Assembly: GCF_009914755.1 (NCBI RefSeq)
Contig: NC_060928.1
From: the human T2T-CHM13v2.0 reference genome, Homo sapiens
Length of the DNA: 64,000 bases
Strand: one strand, 5' to 3'
The notes under the pieces were generated by a model. The model made no database searches, was not told the origin of the DNA, and saw nothing but the letters and a program-made list of their open reading frames with translations. Made by a program: the position numbers and the translations under genes. Below, one piece after another: positions 47,407-62,244 of the stretch. Numbering within the stretch: position 1 is the stretch's first letter; each line of letters starts with the position of its first letter.

Positions 47407-48277
47407 AGTGATGACATCCCTTTCAGTGCTTGAAATCTGTTTTTTGTGTTACGGCTTTTGAGTGACAGTTTGCAAGCTGCTATATTTTTTTCTATTTAGA
47501 ATTCAAATGGAAAGACATGAGCATGTTTTAAATGCAAACAAATACATATGTATCCATCAGCTACCTACCTGAGAAACAGGCAGTCATTTTCAACTACTCC
47601 AAACGTTGAGTCATCTGGTTTACCCCTGAATCTCTGTTGAATATGTCTATCTCTCTATGTCACAGTGCCAGCACTCCAATTCAGACTTCTAGCATTTCCT
47701 ACCTGGACTTTGCAATAGTCTCCTCACTGGTCCCTCTGACTCCAGGCAGATCCCTCTTAACCATGCTGCATGCCACTGACAGTGTGTTGTGTATAAAGCA
47801 CAAACCAAACCCCTCACAGTGGGTGCTCCAGCACTTGGTTATAATCCAGGCCTCTCAGCCAGACATTTGGGCCCTGAAGGATCTGGGGTGCCTCCTCTCC
47901 AGCCCCATCGCCAACACAAGCAAGACACTCTAACAATTCCAGGTCACCACAGTTATCTTTGCTTGGAATGTTCTTCTTAGCTTTGTCTGGAAAGCTCCTT
48001 GTATACAACTTTATGGAATATAATTTGGCAATTTAACTTTATAATCTTAGAAACAAGGAATTAATCTAAAATGTGAAATGAAGTCTATACACAGAGCTAC
48101 TTATCACAGCCTTATTTATAATAGCAGAAAAAGTGTGTGTGTGTGTGTGTATAACAATTGAAGTGTCCAAAAATAGTTAGGCAAATAAATTATGGCACAT
48201 GGGATATTATATATTAATTAAAAATGATGCTGACAAACTTTTGGAAGACATGGAAAACCCATGTTTATTCTAGAAAA

Positions 48278-48749
48278 TGAAGTAGGAGATCAGCAAGACT
48301 TGTTTTCTGATCCTTGGTCAAGACCCTTCTGATCAAATCAGAATGTAGCCAAGGAACTGGCCAAAACCAGCTAGGACCAAGATGGCAACAAGGGCAACCT
48401 CTAGTTGACGGTTTATAAATGATGCCATGGCAATGATCTGGAAATAACCTTATCTAGTTCTGAGAACTCCCTTCTCCTTTTCCAGAAAGTTCAGGAATAA
48501 CCTACCCCTTATTTAGCATCTGCTTAAGAATGGGTATAAATATAGCTAGCTGGCAATCCACGAGTGCTATTCTGGGCCATTCTGCCTATGGGATAGCCCT
48601 GCTCTGTCTATGGAGCAGCCATTTTGCTGTACACTGTTGCTCTAATAGAACCTGCTTTCTGCCACTGCCAGCTTGCTCTTGAATTCTTTCCTGAGTGAAG
48701 CCAAGAACCCTCCTGAGCTAAGCCCCAATTTTGGGGTACACCTGCTTCA
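48278..48749 (+). mobile_element. ERV1-type solo LTR (MER66-like)
   Basis: TG...CA ends with short inverted repeats (tgaagtagg / cctgcttca), aaaa flanks, TATA-like gtataaata near 48535. Confidence 0.75.
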
Positions 48750-49724
48750 AAAAAACTTAAAGTGACTGGAAGATTCAAGTATCCAAAAATACATTGTAAA
48801 AGCAAAAGAAGAAAAAAAATAATAAGAATAGAGACATAAAACAGAGTAAGAGATGGGGCTAAAAAACACCTTTTGGCTATAGGTAGGCCACAAATTTGGC
48901 TCTTAGATTTCTGTCAACAAACAGAAAAAATCCAGAACAGAGTTGAGTATCTACAATATAAAAACATTCCCCTTGCTTGAGAGAAATACAGTTATTCCCA
49001 CACATGAATTATCCTGGTGAGTTCCCATGAGGAAGTCAGAGTGCAAAATCCGAATGAGACACAACGGCAAGTTTGCTAAGATTGCTTCTTAGAGTAATCT
49101 CCAATAAAAACAATGGCAATTGCACCAGCCAACCCAAATCTCTTGTACAGAGTTAATATGAAATAGTGCATGTTTTTAGTTTTCTTGTGAATTTACCTTG
49201 TTTCAGGAGTACATTTTAGAAAAACAGAAGGATCTAATTACATTCCAATTAATCTTCTTGAAGAATAACTTTTTAGTCACCCTTCTGTTATACTTAATGA
49301 ATTTGAAGTTGTACTTGTTGTAAAAGTACCTAAAGCCAGCTAATCTAGCTTGACAATTAAAAATAGACTTATCAGAATGAATACTTAAAGAGCACGAGTA
49401 GAAGCAGGGAGACTAGTGAAAAGGCTACTGCAGAAAGCCAGGGAAGAGGCAATGGTGGGAATGATGTTAGCGATAGTCACAGAAACCAGAATAGTACCAT
49501 TGATAATGACAAGAATAATATCATCTGAGTATTATAACAATAGCAATAGCAATAATAATATAAATATATAAAATTATCACTGTCAGGGTTTTGAGTGTGT
49601 AAATACCAATTACTAGTTAGCCAACTTTAATTTCATTCTTGAATCAAAATCTAAGTTCCTTCATTGACATTTTCTTCTGTTAATAAAAGTAAAGCTCAAA
49701 TTAAAAATAAAACGCGCACAAAAT

Positions 49725-49915
49725 TCCAGACTAGGGGAATGAAGAATTGCTGTTTAGTGAATTCAGAGTTTCATGTTGGAGGTTGAGACGTTCTAGAGAT
49801 GGACAGTGGCGATGGTTTCACAGCAAGGCAAATGTACTTAATGTCACTGAATTGTATATTTAAATATGATTAGAAAGGTAAATTTTATGTTATATACATT
49901 TTACCAAAAAAAACC
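49725..49915 (+). mobile_element. L1MB-type 3' end fragment
   Basis: gttctagagatggacagtggcgatggt...aatgtacttaatgtcactgaattgta...ttttacc plus A-rich tail. Confidence 0.75.
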
Positions 49916-50327
49916 AAAAAACAAAAAACAAACATCACACATGCACACAACCCCCACACAGCTCCAGGATTATCTGATCTAACAGGTAACCTTGCTCAGG
50001 CAAAACTAACTTCTGCTGTAAAGACTGAGGCCTGCAAAACCTGGGCCTGCAGAGCCAGTGATGGAGCCCGCCTCAGAGGCTGCTCAGAGAAGGCAGTGCT
50101 GCTCTCTAATGCTGGAATCTGCTTCAATGTGCCGATGTTAAACAGCAGCAGTGCAACGCTTTTCCACAAGAACTATTTTAGGATAGGTGTTGTTAGGTAT
50201 TCACTTGATTTAACCACCTCCCCCTGTTCCCAAATAAGACCTTATTTAAGTCCAGGTGGCACTGACAACACTGCTCCTTGGTGTATCCTCTGGGAAACAC
50301 TATTTACAAAATGGAACTATATGCGGT

Positions 50328-50535
50328 ATGAGTCGAACATCCTTTATCCAAAATGCTTGGGGATGCTTGGGGCCAGAAGTGTTTTCGAATTTCTTTCAGA
50401 TTCTGCATTATCCCTAATCCAAATAGCCAAAATTCAAAACGCTCCAGTGAGCATTTCCCTTGGCCATCCTGGTGCTCAAAGTTTCAGATATGGAGCATTT
50501 TGGATTTGGATTTTTGGACTACGTATACTAAACTA
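50328..50535. mobile_element. Tigger4a-like MITE
   Basis: ttatccaaaatgcttggggccagaagtgttt...ggagcattttggatttggatttttgg. Confidence 0.7.
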
Positions 50536-53231
50536 GTAATTTGTTTATGAGCAAGTTAAAAGTTGGGAAGCATCTACCAAAGATGATAACATGAGTTTTA
50601 GAGAATTTTGTTTGTAATCCAACTCTGACAATAATAACCCAGCAGGACATGCTGCCCCTACGCGCCACATAATCAAACTAAGCATTTAAAGATGAGAAGC
50701 TGCTTTTCTCTGTCTTCTGTAGTGGGGCAGGATGGTGAAATGCAAACAACTCATCAAAGGATATTAAAAAATAAGCTAAAGGGGGCCAGGACACCTCCCT
50801 GTTTTATCTCAGTAGAAAATTCTCATTGGGCCAGAAAAAGACCCTGACCTTTGAAGAGTGAGTTTTATATAAGCACCAACATCCCAGGGTCTTTGGTCAG
50901 TTTATGCACCTTAGAGCTTGATCAACTTCTGTCAATAGTATCGAAGGCCAAAGGAAAATAAAAATGAGGCACAAATAATCTAAAAAAGACCCCCAATAAT
51001 CTAATACCATTTCTAGCAAATTCTTACAGTGTATGTGAAAAGAACAGGATAGTAAATGATATTGACAATAGTATCTTAAAGTTGCAAAATAAGCATAAGA
51101 AATAAAAAGAAGACAATATATAACAATGATAGCAGTAGTTACCTGCATGAAGGAGTTAGGCAGATATTTAAATATTTACCCATTTTACAAATTTTCTAGA
51201 ATGAGGATGCAATGGACAATACAAACCATTGTTAGAAGACATGAAAACATTACTTTTTTTCTGTGGAATCTTTCTTAACTTCCTTGTGTCTGGTATTAAT
51301 TCCTCCAAAATTTTTATACATTGTGTTATTATTGTTACACATACCATTCTCTATCATGAATACTTATTTAAATTCCTTTCTCTCCCACTAGACTATTTCC
51401 TTTAGAGCATGCATCATGCCATTTGTCTTCTCATCGCTGGGACTTTCCACTATTCCTGGCACACAGTTGCTACAAAATGTTTCTTGTTCCAAATGAAGCA
51501 TTTAGGTACTAAAAGTTTATCAAGAGGGTGTGCTTATTACTAGACAGGGTTTACATTTTTCCTTAGTTGTGGAGGAGAGTTTGCAAAAATCAAAGAAAAA
51601 AAACAGTAGTAGAAACTAGTATCTTCCCTAATTGGTGATAATGCTATAGGGATAAATTAGAGATAGGAGGAATTTTATAGGAATGCAGGGAAACGGTCTA
51701 TCTATTGCTTTGGTTTAAAACAATGGCAAATAAGGACTTTTGGCCTGCCTAAGGAATTCATATTCTTTCTGAGACACTGTGTGTTTGAAATTGAGAAGCT
51801 AAACAGGCTGAAATGAATAATCCCTGAAGAACAGTAGGGACACCATGTGATAAAAGCCAGGAAGAATCAGAGAGGCTAACTTACTCTCCGTGCAAGAGAA
51901 GATAATAAAATGAAACATCTTTTGTGGCTAAAAATCATAATCACAAATACTAACCTTAGATACAAAAACCACCCCTAAAATATAGTGTAATGCATATTTT
52001 GGCATACGTATGAGGTAGCAAAACCAACGTGTCTTGAGTAATGTCTCAGTGGTGTATTAGGATCAAATCCAAACCACAGAAGTTAGACCTGTCTGAGGCT
52101 GAGCAGCTTTGTGGGCTAAGGGGTGTCTGTCCCTCATGGTAGATGTACACATCCAGGCTCACTCTGGGGGGCCTCACCTTCATGTGCTAGAGAGGGACTG
52201 GATGAAGAAAGGATGAAGGGGAAGACATGGTAGGTGTGTATGTGCATGACTTAACTTTAGTAATCACTACAACAAATAAAGAGAGGAAGGCATTTATTAA
52301 TAATTCATCATAATTTGTTCATGGGTCTCAGAAAGAGACAAGCGATAAAATGATTTTGAAAAAGTTGTGACACAAGAGTATAATTTGGAAAGACATTCTA
52401 AATGAAAACAATAGTGAAGAGATGCACCAAGAATGTCAGCAGTTATGAGGCCACAGAAAAAGTGTGAGTGAAGGGAGATGATAAACTGGAACATTTTTTG
52501 AAACAGTTTTTATGCCAAGAAGATGCAAAGAACTCTGTGGATGAGTCAGCCTGGAAATAAAGGGAAAGAGAGTCTATGAAGTTCATAGGAGCAAAGGCTT
52601 AATAATACCCCAGAGAAAATTATGTAGCAAAAAGCAAACGCCAGTGCATTTGTTTGATAATATCCATTAGTGCAAACTGTCTGGCAGAAAACAGCAACAG
52701 GCATAAAAATACCTTGATTTTAAAACCTACATGGAAAAAATGTATGAGCTATTCAGAACAGATATGTGTGACTAGAATAAGATCAAACAGTAATTAATTA
52801 TAGCTGTATTTGAAAATGCTCAAATGCATTTTGTTATTTAAAGCAGGGTTCATAGTATGGAAATAATAGTAGATGGACAGTAAGGAATATGAAACAAAAT
52901 CAAGGAATGAGCTAAGAATCAAATAATCGTTTAAACAAGGAGGAGCCTGAAGCCAAACTAAACTAGCCAAGAGCAAGGGCTAATGTACATTAAAATCCCT
53001 AAGGTTTTATTTTCTGTGGTAAACATTAAAATGCTATTTTTTTGTTAATATTTCCAAAAAATTACAATATAAAAGGAGATCTGGAATAACACATCATGAA
53101 AGTCTAAACACTGTTAAAACAACGCAATCTGTCATAAAAATTGAACTCAGCCAAAAATGTTCCCAAATAAGGACATGGAAAATTAAACTGTGGTACATCT
53201 ATGACTTGGATATTATGCAGTCTCTAGCAAT

Positions 53232-53381
53232 TATATATATATACACATATACACACACTACATATATATACATATAAATACATATATACACTACATATAT
53301 ATATACATATATACATATATATACTACATATATACATATATACATATATATACTACATATATATACTACATATATATATGT
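53232..53381. repeat. TA-rich degenerate microsatellite (tatatacatata / tactacatata units)
   Basis: Seen directly. Confidence 0.9.
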
Positions 53382-54218
53382 AGTAACATGAAATTTATTC
53401 ATGACAGAGCTTTAAGTAAATAAACTATTTTATACTGTATCAATTGTAGAGCTAAAGTAATGCTATGTATATAATTTTTAAAACAGATTTTCTTAATTTA
53501 CATTTGTAAATGTCTTTGGATTTTTCAGAAAAATGTAGATATTTAACTTTAATTGGCTCTGAATTTTTTTTATTAGTAGTAATCGCATAGGGCTCTAAAT
53601 AATCTTCAAGAAAAAAATAAAGGAAAGCACTTTGCTTATATCTAAGAGGCTTTATAAAACCTTTAATAAAATACTGCAGAGATAAAAGATGTTGCTCCAA
53701 GAGGCATTCTGTAGTTCACATACTGCATTTGTCTGCCTGTGTTTCTGGAAATCACTGAGTAAACACTAAGTGTATGTAATAACTAGAAAGAACTTACATA
53801 GCGAATCCTCATATGAAGGAAATTACCAAATCTTCAGTTATCTCTATTTATGATTTCATCTTAGATATAGGTGTCTACAAACTAACGGAAAGTGAATCAC
53901 AATTGACGGCTTTGGCTGGGGCCACCAGGATGTACTTCCCTAATGCCTATTTTCCTAATGATCAATTTGCCTATGGACATTTCAACCAAGGTCTGTTTCC
54001 CTTGGGAGTTTATGCATCAATTTTAGTATCCTGTCACTTCTTTTTTGGTCACCTCTTTGTCATTTTGGGATTATTAAGCCATTCCTCTAAAGTAATTTTT
54101 GTTTCTTTTGTAGTTCTAATAAACAGTCCTTAAGTTTACATTGTTTCATGAATATGTGAATTGTCTTACATCTTTGTGGTATATGTTTTCCTACTTTACT
54201 TTTAAAGTCTCTAAGAAT

Positions 54219-54582
<364 letters not shown>

Positions 54583-55393
54583 TGAAGAATCTCCCAACAA
54601 GGCATAATTCTATTTTTATTTTTGGGACATTTACACAGATGCAAAAAACACTAAAAATGGTTGTCAGTGAAGGAGGATGGATTTTACATGACTTTAAAAA
54701 GATTTGGTTTCATTAAAGTATTTAAATTTATTTAATTTTAACAATTTAAAAAGAATTCAGACAACTTCTCAGTGAATTTCAATTAGGGAGAGGGAATAGG
54801 GTTATATAAGAATCACCTGGGGAGCTTCCCCAACTATACATGCCTGGCATCCTCCCCTAGATGCAAGAATTTTAAGGGAATTTGAGTGTCACATTCTCTT
54901 TCTGTTAGTTTAAAAAAAAAAAAATGAAAGGGCATGGGATCTGTCCTTGGCTTCCTACTTACTTCTGACCATATTCTAATTACCACACTGTTCATGTTCA
55001 TTCACAAAATATTTTTCAGAGTTTATTATTTTAATTAAAATAGTACTGGTAAAAGCCAGAATTGATTCTGAACATCATAGATCTGTTGTTCAAGAAAACT
55101 TGTACTTGGCGGCCACATCATCAAATTCTGTCTCATGAAGTCCTAGTTCATAGCAGTATACTTCCTTTGATGCAAAGGGGATAGGGGATCAGAAAAATAT
55201 TTCATGATACAGTGTTTTCAAGGACAAAGGTTATACAAAAACAAGAATGTTAGGGTTGTCTGCAATAGAAACATGGAAACACTGAGGCAGACTGACCTGG
55301 CAGCACTATGCCCAGCAGGTCGGGGCCAGGGAGGCCACGCAGGCACGCTCCACACACACAACCCAATCAAAAGCAGGCAGCCTAGTGACTCAC

Positions 55394-55476
55394 CGGCAGG
55401 GCAGGATCCGGACAACGTCATTGGGCTTGTACCCTTCAATACAAACTGCACAGTTGTCAAAATCAGACTCTGTTTC
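55394..55476 (-). CDS. RNF150: RNF150 coding exon (83 nt, phase 0-2): [27 protein letters not shown](R), first half of the RING-H2
   Basis: ttgcAG|GAAACA...CCCTGCCG|GTgagt; contains the CxxC...LPC RING-H2 motif. Confidence 0.96.
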
Positions 55477-56355
55477 CTGCAACAGAGGAAGCACAGATGA
55501 GCCTATTTTCTTAGCTTCATCTCTTGTGTAAATATCCAAGCCAAAACCCAAGGAGAGCTTGCCTGGAGCAAAGCTTTCCGCTGTGCTGGTGCCAGTTTTT
55601 AAATCAAATGTACCATCAATTGGACTAGTTTCCATTCCTTCCAACCTCTACTTCTTGTTTCTAGGTTCCACTGCAAGTGCTTTTGTAAGGAAAACCATTT
55701 TCTAAAGTACAATTACTAACAATGCTATTAATTATAATTAGAGGCAACATATCAAAATTTTCAGGATGAGAAATAATATTTGTGGTGAATCATCTGAATA
55801 ATATTTAATCTATCCATTCTTCTGGAATCTAGTGTATAAAATAAATATTAACACACAATGGTAGTTCCAATTTTTTTCAAGTATATATATATCTCTTTTA
55901 ATGCCTCATAACATAGTGCTTATGTAATAGTCCTTGTACTTTTATTATTCTCTGATTGAAGGAAAATAACATACTGACCAAAATGTCCTTTAAATTTAGT
56001 AATACCTTTAAATAAATTTTATCTTATAAGCCCAATGGCGTTTTTATATACTTGAAAAATAATAGCACATAATTTGTGAAATAAATCATTCAGATTAGAG
56101 ACAATACCTGCTTATATATGGAGTTGTAAATCCCTTACATTGCCCCAAGGAGTTCCAAACCCATGTATTGTAATCCAATGCTCTAACTTGGCCTAGGGAA
56201 TAAGGAAGACCCTTAGAAGCCCATAAACCTGGGCAGGACTGCTTTGTTTTCCCTCCTCAAGACATACTATTGCTTTTGGCTTTATGACATCATTCTACAG
56301 TGAAGGAGACTACTGAAATGAATTCGGGGCTCTGTGTTTTGATTTTAAAAAAAAA

Positions 56356-56475
56356 TTTTATAGAGACAGGGTCTTTCTACATTGCCCAGGCTGGTCTTGA
56401 ACTCCCTGGCCTCAAGTGATCTACCTACCTTGGCCTCCCAAAGTGCTGGGATTACAGGCATGAGCCACACCACCT
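56356..56475 (-). mobile_element. Alu left monomer / FLAM
   Basis: agagacagggtc...ttgcccaggctggtcttgaactcc...gattacaggcatgagccac with no second arm. Confidence 0.85.
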
Positions 56476-57040
56476 ATCAACCTTGGGGTTCTGAATACTG
56501 GATTTCAGAGGGGTTGAATATACTTCCTGCATTTATACTGTAGACAAGTGGAGAACATAGCTCAGCACATAAAGCTGTCTTGCTTGCAAAGATTCATGAA
56601 AAAACTTTCTCAGGTCATAACATCAGGAACAACCATTTTGATTTTATCTCATGGGACACTGGAATAAATTCATTAAATATTACCTGAATATTGTTTCCTT
56701 TGCACTGGCTGCTAGAAAGCCCCAACTTAAATTTGAGACCCATTTCTAGTACAAATTTTAGGTAATCCATTTGTGTACTAATTTCATTCTGGCTTCATCT
56801 ATTTTTTATACACTTATCAGTTTGTCATATTTTCTATACAACTATTTTATTATCATAGCATACGCATTTTATAACAAACTTCATGTTTAATTAAGAAGAG
56901 TATAATAACAGATACTGATAGGACAACTGTTAGCATATATTTCCCTTTCCCATCCTTTCCTCTCTTCCACCCTGGCTATAAGAAAAGTTAGAAGCTTCTT
57001 TGAATAGCTCCTCACCAAAAAGAAAAGAGGCTGCTATTAC

Positions 57041-57112
57041 CTTGTCACCCTTCTTGATGGTCCTGATCTGGAGTTTGCTGATGGCTTTCTTTGCTGCATC
57101 CCCCAGTCGGCG
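57041..57112 (-). CDS. RNF150: RNF150 internal coding exon (72 nt, phase 0-0): RRLGDAAKKAISKLQIRTIKKGDK, juxtamembrane segment before the RING
   Basis: Minus strand reads cttttcAG|CGCCGA...GACAAG|GTaata. It gives 24 codons typical of the PA-TM-RING family and joins in frame to the next exon. Confidence 0.95.
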
Positions 57113-58327
57113 CTGAAAAGCCAAAACGTGCTTGTTAATAATAAAGATCTGTAATTCTTGACTTCATTTCTGATATCATTTAATACACCAGGGCAGCTAG
57201 CTCTGAAATCATGCACATGTGGTATGAATGCTAGCAATGACGACTAGAAAAGACAGGGCAGTGGCATTTGTGCAAGGGGGCTCTACCAGTTGAGGTCTAT
57301 AAAAGACTTCTGCCATAGAGAGAAGTTCTTCATGCCTAGAGTTAAGCAAGTGCATGTGACATACATAGATCCTGCCCTACAGTTCTACAGTGCAGGTTAT
57401 ATGTGCATACACTACCCCCCCCCAAAAAAAAATGAGTTTAGTAATTTGCCACTCTAGCCACTCAATTTGTGACACAGAGATAGCCAATCTGGAGTAGCTG
57501 GAGTAAGTGTCATCTCCTCTTTTTGACAATCAGGATTCATTGCTTGGATATTCCTTCCAATCTGCTCATATAGGCATAACGTTGGTTTAAATTTGGTCTG
57601 TTCTGTCCTATTCCATCACATTCTCATGTGGCAATTTTACCTCCTTTATGCATGTTTAAGTGTGAGTGTGCATATAGAAAAATACATAAAACATAATGTT
57701 CAGTTTAGCAAATAAGTAACCACCATGATCCATGTCAAGAAATAATATATCATTCTCTCCCCATTTTTGGTAGAGAAAATTACCATCATAATGAGCCCTG
57801 CAATAATGCAATCAGAGGGTGATGAGGAAAACTGGGAGAAGGATAGGGTGGTGAGTAAATTAAATTTTAATCTGTCAAGCAAAAAAATTGCATGTGAGTT
57901 TTCTACATGTTTTATCTTCTTCTTAGGTATATCTATTTCTGGTCTGCAATAGATGTGTATCTGTTGTAGTAAAACAGAAGGACTAAGATTAAGAGAGTTA
58001 ACATTTAAACACAGACTAATCATTTGCTTTCACTAATTTTGTTCCTTTTGGAAAAAGCACTCAAGCTTCTTGCTTTTCTTTAAAATAGTGAACACATATT
58101 AGTGAACAGTTAATATATCCTAGGTGCCATGCTAAAGCTATATATGCATTATCACCTTTGATATTATAATAACTGAGAAAAGCACTATTTAATAGAATGA
58201 ACTGAGGCTTACAGAGCTTAAGTAAGTTGTCCAATATCATAGAGTTAGTGAAAGGTAAGTCAGAATCTGAATAAAATTAAGTTTGACTTTAAAATCAAAG
58301 CTCATCTACCACCCTCACCTTTATTTG

Positions 58328-58447
58328 CCAAGCCACCCGGTCAACCAATCAGCCAGTCAGCCAACCATCTAACACCTGGCCAGCCAGTCAGCCATCCATC
58401 CAACGTCTGGCTAGCCAGCTAACCAGTCAACCAACCATCCAGCCAAT
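58328..58447. repeat. Degenerate (CCAG/CCAA/CCAT)n tract with two ~31-bp repeats
   Basis: cagccagtcagcca(a/t)ccatc(t/c)aac occurs twice. Confidence 0.75.
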
Positions 58448-59750
58448 CAGAATCACTAAGTATTTACCACGTGGCACTTCTCTAAGTACACAGCAGTTAA
58501 AGTCATTAGCAGAAAAGGAGATGTTTTCCTTGTTAATTCATTTTTCTCTTTGATAGTTTGTCCTGCGTATCTAAAATAATGTTGACATTTTAATTAGAAG
58601 GATAAGTTTTGGCTGTTTCCTAAAAGGAGACCTATGCCCTTGAGATTTATGCAGAAGTCCATGAGTAGCTAGCAAACTAAGGCAGCAGGCAAAAATAGGA
58701 AGAGTCTTTAGTGATAAATACCAGGAAAAACAGGAGAGCGAGAGAAAAAGAACTGAACTGAGGTGAACTAAACATGACGGAACTTTCCTCTCCTCTTCTT
58801 CTGGTTATTATCTATTCATCCTTTGACTTCAGCTGAAATCATTTCTTCAAGGAGCCCTTCCTAGATGTATCCAACAAGATCCCTCTCATCTAGACCCTGA
58901 TAGCACTTTGTACCTTTGCACTGTCACGTTTGACATTTGAAATTTGTTTTTATGATCAATTCCTGTTAGATTGCCCTCAGATATGCTCCCTGAGGGCAGG
59001 CCTATGCTTAGTTTTTGCTTCACATTGTTCCCTATATCCCCAGCATATATTAATAAAGCTGCCTTCAATAATAGGCAGTCAATCATTCAACATACATATT
59101 TTGATCTCTTATTCTGTGCCAAGTATAGCTTTGGGTTTAAAAAAATGGTAATGAAAACACATGTGTGCGCATACACACACGTACACACACACACTCCTAT
59201 CAACTGTAGTTTAATTTATAATCTAGTGAAAACTCTAAATAATGAGTTAATAAAATCTTAAGCCAAGAGTGGTTTTTTGTTGTTGTTGTTGTTGTTGTTT
59301 TTTTTGCAAGGAAAACAACCTGAGAAATTTAGCCAGTTAACGGGAATATTTAGGGACAAACTATAAGTGATACATATTGTAAGGTAAGCAATCTTGTGGT
59401 CCTGGCTTGGCAAACCCAGCCAGTATCAACTGACAGCTGCTCTCCATTGAAGGACCCCGGGGCAAGGACTGAAAGGTATTGAGAAAGGGCTACTAGTTAT
59501 TGGGAGTAAATGCCACAGACCTGTAGAATATTGTATTTAGAATAAGAATCTGAATCCCAAACAAACAAATACTGTTTTTCTTTTTCAGTCAAGAACTCAG
59601 ATATTTTTGCAATTGTGTTTAACTGGCATTATATAATATTGCACCTAATTCAATCACTTAAAAAAATTTTTTTTGAAGACTAACCAGAGTAATTAAGTAG
59701 AAAAATATATGTTCATACAATGGTCATAGATTATACTCAAAGGGAAATAA

Positions 59751-60050
<300 letters not shown>

Positions 60051-60569
60051 AGGGAGCCAACATTTTTAAAAAGCAGGTGAACTAGAAATAATGTTTTCAA
60101 AATTCAATTTCTTTTAAAATAATTTTTTAGCAAATGAAATATGCCCTTCTTAAATGTGGGCATGTAGGGGAAGTTCAAAGACTGCATTAAACTTTGGCTG
60201 TGTATTTAACTTAACTGTTGGCTACATCTGAATAAAAATAGATGGCTTTTGAAAACATCCGCTCAGTCTCTTCTAGAGAAAAAACCCTTTCCACGCCCTT
60301 TTAAAATAATGAAGGCTGCCTTTATTTTTTAAAAATGGCAGGTCCGTTGAGGAAATGTAAAGCAAACTGACGTTAAGGTGACAGGGATTTTGGCTAACAG
60401 TAAAGTTAATGGCTAGGGAATTAGAAAGACGAATTCCATTACTGGCATTTGTATGACTGGGCCCTAGAGAGGTTAAAGAAGTTCAGCAGAGGATTAAGTC
60501 ATTTAGGAGATGGGCTTCCCAAATTAGCAGAATTAATAGATTGAGGGAAAGAGAGTAAAAGAGAAAGTA

Positions 60570-60900
60570 CAGTCACGTATGGCTTAATGACAGGGATACA
60601 TTCTGAGAAATCCATTGTTAGGCGATTTCGTCACTGTGTGAAATCATGGAAGATTACTCACACAATTCTAGATGATACTGCCAACTATACACATAGGCTC
60701 TATGGTATAGCCTATTGCTCCTAGGCTAGAAACCTGTACAGCATGTACTGAATACTGTAGGCAGCTGTAACACAATGGTAAGGATCTGTGTATCTAAACA
60801 TAGAACAGATACAGTAAAAACAGGATATTATAATCTTATTGGACTACTGCATATGTGTGGTCCATTTTTGACCAAAACGTAGTTATGCAGTGCATGACTG
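60570..60900. mobile_element. Tigger3a-like MITE
   Basis: TA|cagtcacg ... catgactg|TA inverted termini with TA target duplication. Confidence 0.85.
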
Positions 60901-61951
60901 TAATAAAGTCATCTTCAACATCAAGTCTATGAGGCCTTCCTCCTAGAAGCTCTGAGAAATCAAATGATTCACAAAGGTAGGAAGACGTATTTTCCTTAAT
61001 CATTCTAAAAAATGGTATAATGGTATTCTCTTCCATTCCCTTTCCTGTGACATTCGTTGAGTCAAGCCTCATTCTGCATGTTATTGATAAATGATACACA
61101 TATTTTCTCCTCTTTTGAGGAAAAACATAGCATTTTGGCAGCGGTGGATAAAGGATATGAAAGTCTTCCCTGGCAAGGGCAGAACAGATGGTCCAGATAC
61201 CTGGGGAAGGAAAATCAGCTTCTGAGATGTATATGATGATATGGGACCATGTAATAAAAGATTTTTTTTTTTTCTGTAAGAGTTCTGGATTAACAAAATT
61301 AGGGAAAAAACAACACAAAGTTTTGAAAAAAATGCAATTTCCATATGCATGTAAACAAGTATCAGTATATGCATGCTTATTCCTAAGTGACATGAAAATT
61401 ACACACATGCAGAGAAGACCCCATTAAAAAAATTACACAAAGAAAAAAAGTACCACTTTCAATATTTAAAGAGTTTTCAATATTAAAAAAATCTCACTTT
61501 CAATAATTTTCAAACTAGTTTTATTGGATTTCCAAATGCAAATTAAAGAGATAAGTAAAAACATAAACATTCTTAATGAAATGGCCCAAATAAGGCTACT
61601 TACTGTTGCTTTTGTAATTGATCTCTTCTGTCTTTGGGTTTTTGATTGCACCCAGTACGAAGAGGGAAGGAAAACTACAGGCCCTGCTCAAACTAAGTCT
61701 TGTACCCAACCTGAATAGAGAATCTAGGGATTGGAACCGGAAGTCTATTACAAAACAGACTCTTTCCTTTGCCATTCTCAGAAAGGCAGAGTAAAGTGAT
61801 GCTAATGGAACACTCAGGGACCACTTCAGGTGGATTGAGGAACCACCTCAGGTTTGAGTCAGTCTTTTGTTTCAGGTAGGGATTCCACTCTTTTCTCTAG
61901 GGTGCTCCTATGGATTATTTCTAATCTAACCAGACCCAAATCATGCTTCTT

Positions 61952-62244
61952 CTTCTTCTTATTATTTTTGAGACAGAGTTGTGCTCTGTCACCCAGGCTG
62001 GAGTGCAATGGCGTGAATCTTGGCTCACTGCAGCCTCTGCTTCTCGGGTTCAACTGATTCTCATACCTCAGCCTCCTGAGTAGCTGGGACTACAGGTGTG
62101 TGCCACTGCACCCAGGTAATTTTTGTATTTTTTGTAGAGATGGGGTTTCACCATGTAGGTCTTGAATTCCTGATCTCAAGTGATCTGCCTCCCTTGGCCT
62201 TCCAAAGTGCTGGGATTACTGGCATGAGCTACCCGTGCCTGGCC
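61952..62244 (-). mobile_element. Alu (AluS/J-like)
   Basis: TSD aaatcatgcttctt at 61938-61951 and 62246-62259. Confidence 0.9.

Noticed and set aside
50096-50536. 146-aa ORF
   Set aside because: Its second half is a Tigger4a-like MITE, and it has a non-ATG start and no domain.
60836-61408. 190-aa minus-strand ORF
   Set aside because: AT-rich, ends in a Tigger3a element, has no recognisable homology, and does not resemble the upstream PA/TM exons of RNF150.
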